64,000 bases of DNA from Chitinophagaceae bacterium (GCA_020437365.1 JAGQWM010000004.1:3568-67567); one strand, 5' to 3'. Positions 9,063 through 18,146 are shown, counted from the stretch's first letter. Translations and numbers: made by a program. Notes: generated by a model not told the origin, from the sequence alone.

Positions 9063-10196
9063 TCAACCTCTCTCCTGTGCCCGCAACCATCTTTCCGGAA
9101 TTTCATTACTGCTCGCCAGCAAATAATCTTTGTAACTACAGGCTATAAATTTTTTATCAGGTAACTGCATCCACCAGCGGCCTGTTTTTTTACTTTGAAT
9201 AAAAGTAGTTTCCACTTCTACAAACATCGTATTATATTCTGTAAACGAATCTCTTTCATCGAGTGCTGCTTCTTTTTTGCCCCGGCTTCTGCCATCCAGT
9301 AAATACCAAATCATTTGACTGATTTGTTTGGCCGTCAGGTCGTCTTTGTCGTGCTGTGCATCGTAGCCGTAAATTCCCACTGTATTGATATTAGGGCTCA
9401 TACCGGCATAACGGAATAACACACAAGCTTCTTCACCGTACAATCCGTTCGGCGAAAAAGTATTGGCTGGCGCAAATGCACTGGCCATGGCAGTCATATC
9501 GAAACTAAACAGGTGGCTGTTGCGAATAACCGGTTCCATTTCATCTATCGATTCTTTGACGCTGCCCACCCGGAAACAATCGAAACGTAATTTATCAAGT
9601 GTTTCTAACATGCGGGGATGTACGTAATAACTTTGAAATGCAAGGTGATTATAATGGCGGATAAAATTGGGTTCGCCGGTGAGCATTTCCATTAAAAAAT
9701 TTTCGTGGCGGAAGGAAGACTCCAAGTTCAAATCTATCAGTGCATCAACACAAGTGGCTTCTATGAGTTTTTTGGCATCGGCATACGCATTGTATTGTGA
9801 CAGTGTCAGGTCATGTGAGCCGCCGAGTATTATGACTGTTTTACCATCCTGTATAAGGTCTTGTACAACGGTTTTCAAGGCAGCATAAGAATCGGTAAAC
9901 AAAGAGCCGGTTTTGATATTGCCGACGTCGGCCATTCTTATATCAGTATGCCAAAAATATAATTCGTAAAAATGTCGGCGGATAATATTAGGAGCTTCAC
10001 TCTGTCCGTGTATCAAACCACTGCCTCTTTGTTCGCCACAGCCCACTATCACAATTTGTACTTCGTCGAGGTCGGGAAAATCTTCATCAAACACAGCTAT
10101 TGTATTTCCTATCTGGCCTTCTTTATATCCTTCATCAAAAGAAAGGCCGGCGAGGCTAACCGGTTCCAGGAAATCGGAAATATTGAGGTGGTCCAT
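9063..10196 (-). CDS. Arginase/formimidoylglutamase-family protein with degenerate metal ligands
   Basis: ADVGNI, ILGGSHDLT, DALID, SFDMTA, SPNGLYGEEAC. Likely start MDHLNIS at 10196. Confidence 0.85.
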   Translation of the reverse strand: MDHLNISDFLEPVSLAGLSFDEGYKEGQIGNTIAVFDEDFPDLDEVQIVIVGCGEQRGSGLIHGQSEAPNIIRRHFYELYFWHTDIRMADVGNIKTGSLFTDSYAALKTVVQDLIQDGKTVIILGGSHDLTLSQYNAYADAKKLIEATCVDALIDLNLESSFRHENFLMEMLTGEPNFIRHYNHLAFQSYYVHPRMLETLDKLRFDCFRVGSVKESIDEMEPVIRNSHLFSFDMTAMASAFAPANTFSPNGLYGEEACVLFRYAGMSPNINTVGIYGYDAQHDKDDLTAKQISQMIWYLLDGRSRGKKEAALDERDSFTEYNTMFVEVETTFIQSKKTGRWWMQLPDKKFIACSYKDYLLASSNEIPERWLRAQERG

Positions 10197-10284
10197 AATC
10201 ACAAAGCTAAGGAGTAAAAGAGATAAACGATGATGTGCTGAAAGATTATTTAGCAGGGAGGCAAACTGCATTCTTTTCAAATCT

Positions 10285-10292
10285 TATCTTTG
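10285..10292 (+). promoter_or_regulatory. -7 promoter element for pheS
   Basis: TATCTTTG, 7 nt upstream of the ATG. Confidence 0.7.
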
Positions 10293-10299
10293 CGAACAC

Positions 10300-11361
10300 A
10301 TGAAAACATTACAGGAAAAAATCGAAGCATACAAAAAGGAAATTTCGGCATTTACCGCCGCTGATGAAAATGAAATTGAATCATTTCGTATCAAATATCT
10401 CGGCTCCAAAGGTTTGGTAAAATCCATTATGAGCGAAATGAAAAATGTATCACCGGACAATAAAAAAGAAGCCGGTTTGCTGCTCAATGAATTCAAAACC
10501 TTTGTAGAAGAAAAATTTGCGTCATTAAAATCGGCAACTGCTACGGTTGATACTACCGGTGATGGCAAATCTTCTTCGATAGATTTTAGTTTACCCGGCG
10601 ACCCCATGCCGGTAGGGGCCCGCCACCCTGTCGTATTGATGCGCAATAGGATTGTTTCTATTTTCCAACGGTTAGGATTCGCAGTAGCAGAAGGACCGGA
10701 GATTGAAGACGATTGGCACAATTTCGGCGCCTTGAATTTACCCGAACACCATCCGGCCCGCGACATGCAGGATACTTTTTATATTCAACAAAATCCTGAT
10801 TGGGTTTTGCGTACACACACAAGCAATGTGCAAATCCGGGAAATGGAAAAAGCCAGCCTACCGGACAGACAGGGAAAACTGCCTATTCGCATGATTATGC
10901 CGGGCAGGGTGTATAGAAATGAAACTGTGAGTGCAAGAAGCCATTGTTTTTTTCACCAGATAGAAGGGTTGTATGTAGATGAAAATGTTTCTTTCGCCGA
11001 CCTCAAACAAACTTTGTATTTTTTTGTAAAAGAAATGTATGGCCAAGATGTAAAAGTTCGCTTCAGGCCTTCATATTTTCCTTTTACCGAACCCAGTGCC
11101 GAAATGGATGTCAGTTGTTTTATCTGTGGCGGTAGTGGTTGTAATATTTGCAAAAAAACAGGATGGGTAGAAATCCTGGGCTGTGGTATGGTGCATCCGA
11201 ATGTTCTTAGCAATTGCAAGATAGACCCCAATAAATACACAGGATTTGCGTTTGGCATGGGCATTGAACGACCTGCCATGTTGAAATACGGCATCAATGA
11301 TATTCGGTTGTTCAGTGAAAATGATATTCGATTTTTACAACAGTTTACCGCTGCGATATAA
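10300..11361 (+). CDS. pheS: Phenylalanine--tRNA ligase alpha subunit
   Basis: HPARDMQDTFY, LRTHTSNVQIR, PGRVYRNE, FHQIEGL, RFRPSYFPFTEPSAEMD, WVEILGCGMVHPNV, GFAFGMGIER. Confidence 0.98.
   Translation: MKTLQEKIEAYKKEISAFTAADENEIESFRIKYLGSKGLVKSIMSEMKNVSPDNKKEAGLLLNEFKTFVEEKFASLKSATATVDTTGDGKSSSIDFSLPGDPMPVGARHPVVLMRNRIVSIFQRLGFAVAEGPEIEDDWHNFGALNLPEHHPARDMQDTFYIQQNPDWVLRTHTSNVQIREMEKASLPDRQGKLPIRMIMPGRVYRNETVSARSHCFFHQIEGLYVDENVSFADLKQTLYFFVKEMYGQDVKVRFRPSYFPFTEPSAEMDVSCFICGGSGCNICKKTGWVEILGCGMVHPNVLSNCKIDPNKYTGFAFGMGIERPAMLKYGINDIRLFSENDIRFLQQFTAAI
10853..10873. repeat. 21-nt degenerate palindrome apparently inserted in-frame in pheS
   Basis: CCAGCCTACCGGACAGACAGG. Removing it converts EMEK-ASLPDRQ-GKLPIR to EMEKGKLPIR; 5 of 8 stem pairs remain. 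Confidence 0.75.
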
Positions 11362-11362
11362 A

Positions 11363-11397
11363 AAAGGCTGCCAAACAACTGACAGCCTTTCTCTTTT
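11363..11397. terminator. Bidirectional terminator between convergent pheS and membrane-protein gene
   Basis: AAAGGCTG-N12-CAGCCTTT followed by CTCTTTT. Confidence 0.75.
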
Positions 11398-11408
11398 ATA
11401 TTTTTTAC

Positions 11409-11804
11409 TTAACGAGCCTTAGGTCGGTAAAAAGCCACGACAATAGAAGCAACGATAGCTATCCACATACCGATACCGTAACCTTTTCCAATGGCTTTAA
11501 AAATATCGCCAAATGCTGCGCCATCTATGAGCGGCTTGACAATAATAATGTAAAGCACTGTCAAAAATGGCAGCCAGGTAACGATGCTTCTCGGTAAAAC
11601 AGTGTTGTCGTTATTAAATTCGCCGAGCAACAACAGCAAGCCGCAAATCGGAATAAGCAGAATCAGGTATTTCTGCCAGTCGCCACCTTTGGCAGTTACC
11701 ATGTCTAAACCTGTGATACTTGCTCCAAAAAAGCTGTAAAAAGCTAAGAAGAAACTCGCTACCAGTGCAGCGCCGAATACAATGTTGAAGATTTTTTTGT
11801 CCAT
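11409..11804 (-). CDS. Small hypothetical multi-pass membrane protein
   Basis: 131 aa with about 4 hydrophobic segments. Confidence 0.75.
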   Translation of the reverse strand: MDKKIFNIVFGAALVASFFLAFYSFFGASITGLDMVTAKGGDWQKYLILLIPICGLLLLLGEFNNDNTVLPRSIVTWLPFLTVLYIIIVKPLIDGAAFGDIFKAIGKGYGIGMWIAIVASIVVAFYRPKAR

Positions 11805-11837
11805 GTTGGTTGGTTTAATTGGTGATAAATAAAAAAT

Positions 11838-12461
11838 TTATTGAGGTGCAGACATTCGTTTATAACAAAAATAGGCAGCCGTTAAAAAAGCAAGAACGGC
11901 TATATAAAACCAAGGTGTAAAATCTACCGTAATGCGTAAGCCTTTCGTCATTGTATCACCCAAATCGCCTACATCGCTGCCGGGCATACTTGTTTTTACA
12001 TTTTTTTTGATGTCAATAAATAATCCAATCATAGCAGCTGCGCCTGCTACGCCGGTTGCTACTGCCGCAGCCATTGCCGTTTTTCCTTTGGCAAATGATA
12101 ATGCAATGCCAATGACACCGAGGCCTAAAGCAATCATGGCAAACAAATTAGGATCTTTCTTATCTGATTTAGTGGTTGATTTTGTAATGGTTTCATCCAT
12201 ACTTTTTGTTTTCAACTGATTCATCATTGAATTGCCACTACTATTATTTTTCATTTTGAAACCAGTAGCAAGTTGAATCCCATTGACAGTTTGCAAAGAA
12301 GTACCATTACACTTAATATCAATAAACGGAAGAAAAAAAAGTAATACTACCACAATAAATGCAATATTCGATGGCATCTTCGTTTGTAATACACTACTTG
12401 TTGAAGACACTGCTGTTGTTGATGCAGCTACCGCCTGGTCTGTTGATGAATTGGTATCCAT
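11838..12461 (-). CDS. Hypothetical multi-pass membrane protein
   Basis: ATG at 12461; about 4 hydrophobic segments; FFLPF motif followed by a short loop. Confidence 0.75.
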   Translation of the reverse strand: MDTNSSTDQAVAASTTAVSSTSSVLQTKMPSNIAFIVVVLLFFLPFIDIKCNGTSLQTVNGIQLATGFKMKNNSSGNSMMNQLKTKSMDETITKSTTKSDKKDPNLFAMIALGLGVIGIALSFAKGKTAMAAAVATGVAGAAAMIGLFIDIKKNVKTSMPGSDVGDLGDTMTKGLRITVDFTPWFYIAVLAFLTAAYFCYKRMSAPQ

Positions 12462-12553
12462 TATCAAAATTTTTATTAAGATAAGAGAAAACTTGCAAAA
12501 AGAAGAAGTATAAATTCCACATCCAATATCTTTACCTTACTAAATTAGGCAGC

Positions 12554-13399
12554 ATGGAAATCAATAAGATTTGCGTATGTGGTTCAGGTACAATGGGAAA
12601 TGGCATTGCACAAGCAGCAGCACAGGCCGGATTGTCCGCTATTTTATATGATATTAATCAGCCAATACTGGACAAAGCCAGGCAATCTACCGACAAAAAC
12701 CTGCAAAAACTAGTGGATAAACAAAAGATTTCCCTTTCGGAAAAACAGGAAATCATACAACGTATTCAATATACAACGGATATAAATAATTGCCTTGCAC
12801 CAGTCATCATCGAAGCGATTGTAGAAAACCTTGCCATTAAAATTTCGTTGTTGAATCAGTTGTCGGATATAAATGCAACCGAAACCATACTGGCCACCAA
12901 TACTTCTTCTTTATCTGTTACTTCCATTGCTGAAAAAATCAAATATCCTGAAAGAGTGATTGGGATGCATTTTTTCAATCCGGCCACCATTATGAAATTG
13001 GTGGAGATTGTAAAAACAAAATTTACAAATGAAAAAACTTCGGCTACGGTTCTTGCATTAGCCCAACAAATGAATAAAGTGGCTGTTCTCTGTAAAGATG
13101 CTCCGGGTTTTATTGTCAACCGTGTGGCCCGTTCTTTTTATACTGAAACATTGCGTTTGGTAGAAGAAGGGTTAGTCAGCACTACTGTGGCTGATAAATT
13201 ATTAGAAGCATCGGGTTTTAAAATGGGGCCTTTCAAATTGATGGACCTTATCGGCAATGATGTGAATTACGAAGTCAGTTGCTCTGTGTATGAACAAATG
13301 AATCGAAACGAACGTTTCAAACCCTCATATATTCAGAAAGAAAAAGTGCAACAGGGAAAACTCGGCAAAAAAACAGGAGAAGGTTTTTATACTTATTAA
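12554..13399 (+). CDS. 3-hydroxyacyl-CoA (3-hydroxybutyryl-CoA) dehydrogenase
   Basis: VCGSGTMGNGIA Rossmann motif, IEAIVENL, LATNTSSL, GMHFFNPA, PGFIVNR, GFKMGPF. Confidence 0.93.
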   Translation: MEINKICVCGSGTMGNGIAQAAAQAGLSAILYDINQPILDKARQSTDKNLQKLVDKQKISLSEKQEIIQRIQYTTDINNCLAPVIIEAIVENLAIKISLLNQLSDINATETILATNTSSLSVTSIAEKIKYPERVIGMHFFNPATIMKLVEIVKTKFTNEKTSATVLALAQQMNKVAVLCKDAPGFIVNRVARSFYTETLRLVEEGLVSTTVADKLLEASGFKMGPFKLMDLIGNDVNYEVSCSVYEQMNRNERFKPSYIQKEKVQQGKLGKKTGEGFYTY

Positions 13400-13442
13400 T
13401 ATGTAAAACAAAAGCAAATTCAATTTTCATCAATATTTTTTC

Positions 13443-14474
13443 ATGCCCGACAATTCAACGACAACTAATAATAACCCGACAAAAAAAATACTTGTTACCG
13501 GCGGAACCGGTTTCCTGGGTTCTTATATCATCAAGTCATTGATAGAAGAGGGCTATACTGTGCGTGCCATCCGGCGGACTGATAAAATTCCTTTTTGGAT
13601 TTCGCCAGCAATCATTGCCAAAATAGAATGGGTGGAAGGCGATGTATTGGACATCGTTTCATTAGAAGATGCCATGGATGGAATGGATGCCATCATTCAT
13701 GCGGCAGCTATCGTTTCTTTTTCGAAAAAAGACAGAAAAGAAATGTATAAAATAAATGTGGAAGGCACTGCCAATGTGGTGAATGTGGCCTTGGAAAAAA
13801 ACATCCACCGTTTCATTCACATTAGTTCGGTAGCGGCATTGGGAAGAACGGTTGGCGGCGGCCATGTGGATGAAGAAAAAAAATGGGAGCGGTCGAAAGC
13901 CAATACACATTATGCTCAAAGCAAATTCAAAGCAGAGTTACAAGTTTGGCGGGCCTTCCAGGAAGGACTCGAAGGAATCATACTGAACCCCAGCACTGTT
14001 TTAGGTTTTGGCGATTGGAACAGTAGCAGTTGTGCCTTATTTAAAAATGTTTTTAAAGGTGTAAAATGGTTTACCGATGGTATCAATGGTTTTGTAGCTG
14101 TAGAAGATGTGGCATTGGCTACCAGTTCTGCACTTGCATCTGATATAACGGAACAACGATATATTGTCAATGGTGAAAATCTGGGTTTTAAAGAAATACA
14201 GGAAAATATGTGTGCTGCCTTCGGCAAAAAGAAACCTTTTAAACAAGCCACCCCGTTTTTATTGGGCATTGCCTGGCGTATCGAAAAAATAAAATCTTTC
14301 TTTACAAAACAAAAGCCTTTGATTACAAAAGAAAGCGTAAGAATTGCACAAAGCAAAACTTATTTTGATAATACGAAAATTAAAAATGCATTTCCAGCAA
14401 TAAAATTTACACCGCTCAAAAAAACAATTGACGAAGCCTGTAAAAAATATTTGGCACAGCAAGAAGTCCAATAG
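13443..14474 (+). CDS. NAD-dependent epimerase/dehydratase (extended SDR)
   Basis: LVTGGTGFLG, IHAAA, NVEGTANV, HISSVA, YAQSK (YxxxK). Confidence 0.9.
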   Translation: MPDNSTTTNNNPTKKILVTGGTGFLGSYIIKSLIEEGYTVRAIRRTDKIPFWISPAIIAKIEWVEGDVLDIVSLEDAMDGMDAIIHAAAIVSFSKKDRKEMYKINVEGTANVVNVALEKNIHRFIHISSVAALGRTVGGGHVDEEKKWERSKANTHYAQSKFKAELQVWRAFQEGLEGIILNPSTVLGFGDWNSSSCALFKNVFKGVKWFTDGINGFVAVEDVALATSSALASDITEQRYIVNGENLGFKEIQENMCAAFGKKKPFKQATPFLLGIAWRIEKIKSFFTKQKPLITKESVRIAQSKTYFDNTKIKNAFPAIKFTPLKKTIDEACKKYLAQQEVQ

Positions 14475-14579
14475 AAAGTTTACTGTATTTACAACGGATA
14501 TTTTACGATACCGGTCTTTCTCAGTAGCGTATCGTTACTCATTAATTAAAAATCATTTTTTATCTTTATTGCCCAATCA

Positions 14580-15656
14580 ATGTCTATGAAAAAAGCCGGA
14601 TTCATTTATTTATTATTTTTTGTTTTTCCTTTTTTTGCTGCAGCCCAATTTACCATCAAAGGGAAAGTATTGGATGCGACTACCTGCGAACCACTTTCTG
14701 AAGCTTCGGTATTTTGTCAAAACACAACCTTGGGCACCACTACCAACAACGATGGCATGTTTTCCCTACAATTACCCGGCGGCGGTTACGATCTTATTTT
14801 CAGTTATACCGGCTATTTTACCAAAACAGTTCGGGCCACCAAAAACGAAACACTGGAAATCCTGTTGGTCAAACAAGAAAAAAGTATGGAAGAAGTCATC
14901 CTGACCAATTCATTCGAAGTAAAAGACGGCTGGGAAAAATACGGCCAGTTTTTTACTGACCTTTTTATTGGTAGCACACCCAATGCACAACAGTGCCATT
15001 TGGTAAACCCCGAAGTCTTAAAATTTTATTTTTATAAAAGAAGTCAACGATTAAAAATTCGGGCTACAGAACCGGTCTTAATTGCCAACTATGCACTTGG
15101 TTATCGTTTAAGCTATCAGCTCGATTCTTTTGTACATTATTACAAAACAAATAACAGTGTGTATAGCGGTTATTGTTTATTCACCGAAATTGATGATTGC
15201 GACAGCCTGAAAAAAATATGGAAAGCCAACCGGGCCATGGCGTATGAAGGTTCCAAGTTACAATTCATGCGCAGCTACTATGACAGTTCTGTATATGAAG
15301 ATGGCTGGGTGATAGATATGTTAGACAAAAAAGGCGGTAAAAAATTCTATCGGGTTACCAACCCTTATGATTCTTTGTATTATGCAGGCTTGGATAGTAC
15401 GGGACAAATAGCCTTTTGGTATCCCCGCAAATTGAGTATTGCTTATACAAATAAAAAACCCGAACCCGAGTATTTAGAAAAAATGAATTTGCCGGAAGAT
15501 GTGGAATATCCTATTTCTTATATTGACGTTACAGATGAGATTTCAGTAATGGCTAACGGTTATTATTATCCGCAACAAAACTGGCTGAGCCAGGGATATT
15601 GGAGTTGGAAAAATGTAGGCGACCAGTTGCCTTTTGATTATTGGCCGGATGAATAA
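14580..15656 (+). CDS. Secreted protein with carboxypeptidase-like regulatory (CarbopepD_reg_2-type) N-terminal domain
   Basis: Signal peptide then IKGKVLDATTCEPLSEASVF...GTTTNNDGMFSL...YDLIFSYTGY. Confidence 0.8.
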   Translation: MSMKKAGFIYLLFFVFPFFAAAQFTIKGKVLDATTCEPLSEASVFCQNTTLGTTTNNDGMFSLQLPGGGYDLIFSYTGYFTKTVRATKNETLEILLVKQEKSMEEVILTNSFEVKDGWEKYGQFFTDLFIGSTPNAQQCHLVNPEVLKFYFYKRSQRLKIRATEPVLIANYALGYRLSYQLDSFVHYYKTNNSVYSGYCLFTEIDDCDSLKKIWKANRAMAYEGSKLQFMRSYYDSSVYEDGWVIDMLDKKGGKKFYRVTNPYDSLYYAGLDSTGQIAFWYPRKLSIAYTNKKPEPEYLEKMNLPEDVEYPISYIDVTDEISVMANGYYYPQQNWLSQGYWSWKNVGDQLPFDYWPDE

Positions 15657-15661
15657 ATAGT

Positions 15662-16609
15662 TTATTTCTTTCCCATTACTTTTTCCCAGAGTTCAGGAAT
15701 TCTTTTGATCCATATCCGTTCTTTCATTTTTTCCCGTGCATCTTCTACCGGTGACCCAAAATAAACTTTGCCGCCGGCAATGGAATCTTTTACGCCACTT
15801 TGTGCATATACAGTCGCATCTTTTCCAATCGTCAATGTTTTACTGACACCTACTTGTCCCCAAAGTGTTACGTTATCTTCAATAGTTGTGGCCCCGGCAA
15901 TGCCAACTTGCCCGGCTAGTAAGCAATTTTTTCCAATAACCGTATCGTGGCCGATATGCACCAGGTTATCAATTTTGGTACCGGCTCCAATTATTGTATC
16001 GCCGGAAACACCACGGTCAATTGTACAGTTGGCACCTATTTCTACCGCATCTTCAATAAGTACACGACCGCAACTATTCATTTTTTTATAGTATAAAGCC
16101 CGGTCAGTTTTTTTATTATAATAAAATGCATCGCTGCCAATGACCGTTCCAGACTGTATCACTACATTATCGCCAATACTGCAATGATCCATAATCGTAA
16201 CATTGGCATGTAGAATACAACCCTTGCCAATCACAACATGGTGGCCGATATATGTTCCGGGCAATACAGCCGTTCCTTCACCAATGCGGGCCGTTTCGCT
16301 AATCATTTGCATAGAAGGTGCAAATGGCCGGTAAAAATTTACAATCTTTTGATATGCTTCAAATGGCTCTTTCACAATCAACAAAGCTTTCCCGTCAGGA
16401 AATGACGTTTCTTTATCAATGATGATAAAAGAAGCTGCCGATTGAATACATTTTTCATAATATTTGGGATGGTCCACAAAAACCAAATCACCTTTTTCTA
16501 CTTTATGAATTTCATTGATGCCGGTAGCCATTGCATTGGCATCGCCAACCAACCGGGCGCCAATCATTTCAGCAATAAACGTCAAAGAAACAGGAGTGTT
16601 GAATCGCAT
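15662..16609 (-). CDS. lpxD: UDP-3-O-acylglucosamine N-acyltransferase (LpxD family)
   Basis: Hexapeptide repeats, IGSDAFYY, EIGANCTIDRG, GTKIDNLVHIGHD, GQVGIAG. Confidence 0.88.
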   Translation of the reverse strand: MRFNTPVSLTFIAEMIGARLVGDANAMATGINEIHKVEKGDLVFVDHPKYYEKCIQSAASFIIIDKETSFPDGKALLIVKEPFEAYQKIVNFYRPFAPSMQMISETARIGEGTAVLPGTYIGHHVVIGKGCILHANVTIMDHCSIGDNVVIQSGTVIGSDAFYYNKKTDRALYYKKMNSCGRVLIEDAVEIGANCTIDRGVSGDTIIGAGTKIDNLVHIGHDTVIGKNCLLAGQVGIAGATTIEDNVTLWGQVGVSKTLTIGKDATVYAQSGVKDSIAGGKVYFGSPVEDAREKMKERIWIKRIPELWEKVMGKK

Positions 16610-16651
16610 AATTTACATTTTAAAAATTGGCAAACAAGAACTGTTATTGGG

Positions 16652-16659
16652 CAAAGGTA
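16652..16659 (-). promoter_or_regulatory. -7 promoter element for lpxD-like gene
   Basis: Minus strand TACCTTTG, about 43 nt upstream of the ATG. Confidence 0.7.
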
Positions 16660-16783
16660 GGAATGCAAAAAGTGTAAATAAGTTTTAAATCAGTTCATGC
16701 AAACCGACTATCAACACCTTTTAAACTTCTACAATTACCTTACAAAATAATGGTTTAATAAAGACATAAAATGGAACTGAATG

Positions 16784-16813
16784 TTGACTATTTTTAAAAG
16801 CGTATTACCTTTA
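16784..16813 (+). promoter_or_regulatory. Candidate promoter with no annotated downstream gene
   Basis: TTG-N19-TACCTTTA fits the Bacteroidota -33/-7 spacing; the last base of the -7 box deviates from G. Confidence 0.4.
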
Positions 16814-16944
16814 GTTAACCATCCCGGAAAATAATTGTCAACGTTTTTTATTTTAAAATACATTAAAAAACAACCTTTGTTCTTTCGTTTTTACAAAAAA
16901 ATATTTCCCAAAACAGTTGTTTGCACCATGAAAAAAAAGGCGGC

Positions 16945-16953
16945 TTATCCACA
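16945..16953 (+). promoter_or_regulatory. Perfect DnaA box
   Basis: TTATCCACA in a 600-nt AT-rich intergenic region. Confidence 0.5.
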
Positions 16954-17070
16954 GCAAGATTCGAAATGTTAATAAAATAAATTAAAAATTTCTTTTGGTT
17001 ACTAATTTTTATTTATAATATTGTGTAAGGAAAATTTTTTTCCTGTACTTACTAACCCGTATATATAAAT

Positions 17071-17100
17071 AAATCCCTCTGGTTTTCCGGAGGGATTTTT
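17071..17100 (+). terminator. Strong intrinsic terminator with no annotated gene upstream
   Basis: AAATCCCTCTGG-TTTT-CCGGAGGGATTT followed by TT. Confidence 0.75.
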
Positions 17101-17214
17101 AGTTTCAAGACAATTGTTTGTAACAACTGCAACACAAAAACAAGTCGGACGGTTGATGTAAAATTACTCGGGGAATTAATTAATTAAGATACCTTTACAA
17201 AAATCAATCAGGAT

Positions 17215-18090
17215 ATGCTAAAGTCAATGACAGGGTTTGGAAGAGCAGAGAAATCAGTGGGTGAAAAAACTTTTCAGATCGACATCAAGTCGCTGAACAA
17301 TAAACAATTTGAATTACAACTGCGGTTGCCGGCCTTGTTAAAACCATTTGAATTTGACATTCGCAAAATTCTTGCTTCCCATTTAAAAAGAGGAAGTGTC
17401 GATTGCAATATCAGCCTGAAAGATACCGGCAATTCCAAACCCGTAACTATCAATACCGATTTGGCCAAAGCGTATTATAAACCTTTAGCTGAATTATCCA
17501 CTTCATTGGGGCTCGACACATCCAGGATTCTAAATACGCTGGTCAAACTGCCGGAAGTCATTACACCCAGTAGCGAAACTTTATCAGATACAGAATGGAA
17601 TGATTTTACATCGGTCTTGGAAGAAGCCATTCATGCCATCAATGAACATCGGCAAAATGAAGGACAAATGATTGAAAAAGACCTGCTCACCCGCATTACC
17701 AATATTGAAAACCTGCAAACCGAAGTGTTGAAACAGGAACCATTGCGCAAGCAAAAAATCAAAGAAAATATTACCAAATTGCTGGAAGAACATGTAGGTA
17801 AAGAACATTATGATGAAAACCGGCTTGAACAGGAGCTCATTTACTATATCGAGAAAATCGACATTACTGAAGAGCAAGTCAGGCTGAAAAACCATTGTAG
17901 TTATTTCAAATCACTGTTGGAAGAACAGGAAGAATGTAAAGGCAAAAAACTGTCTTTCGTCTTACAGGAAATCGGCCGTGAAATCAATACCACCGGCGCC
18001 AAAGCCTACCATGCAGATATGCAAAAAACCGTTGTGATGATGAAAGATGAATTGGAAAAAGCTAAAGAACAGGTTTTAAATTCGCTGTAA
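17215..18090 (+). CDS. yicC: YicC/YloC family endoribonuclease
   Basis: MLKSMTGFGRAE, IDITEEQVRL, GKKLSFVLQEIGREINTTGAKA. Confidence 0.95.
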   Translation: MLKSMTGFGRAEKSVGEKTFQIDIKSLNNKQFELQLRLPALLKPFEFDIRKILASHLKRGSVDCNISLKDTGNSKPVTINTDLAKAYYKPLAELSTSLGLDTSRILNTLVKLPEVITPSSETLSDTEWNDFTSVLEEAIHAINEHRQNEGQMIEKDLLTRITNIENLQTEVLKQEPLRKQKIKENITKLLEEHVGKEHYDENRLEQELIYYIEKIDITEEQVRLKNHCSYFKSLLEEQEECKGKKLSFVLQEIGREINTTGAKAYHADMQKTVVMMKDELEKAKEQVLNSL

Positions 18091-18146
18091 CAGATATGAA
18101 AGGCATTTATTTTTTTACTGATTACATTTGTCCCAAATTGACTTGG

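Noticed and set aside
14507-14538. ACGATAC...GTATCGT inverted repeat after the epimerase gene
   Set aside because: Short AT-rich stem, large loop and no U-tail; insufficient to call
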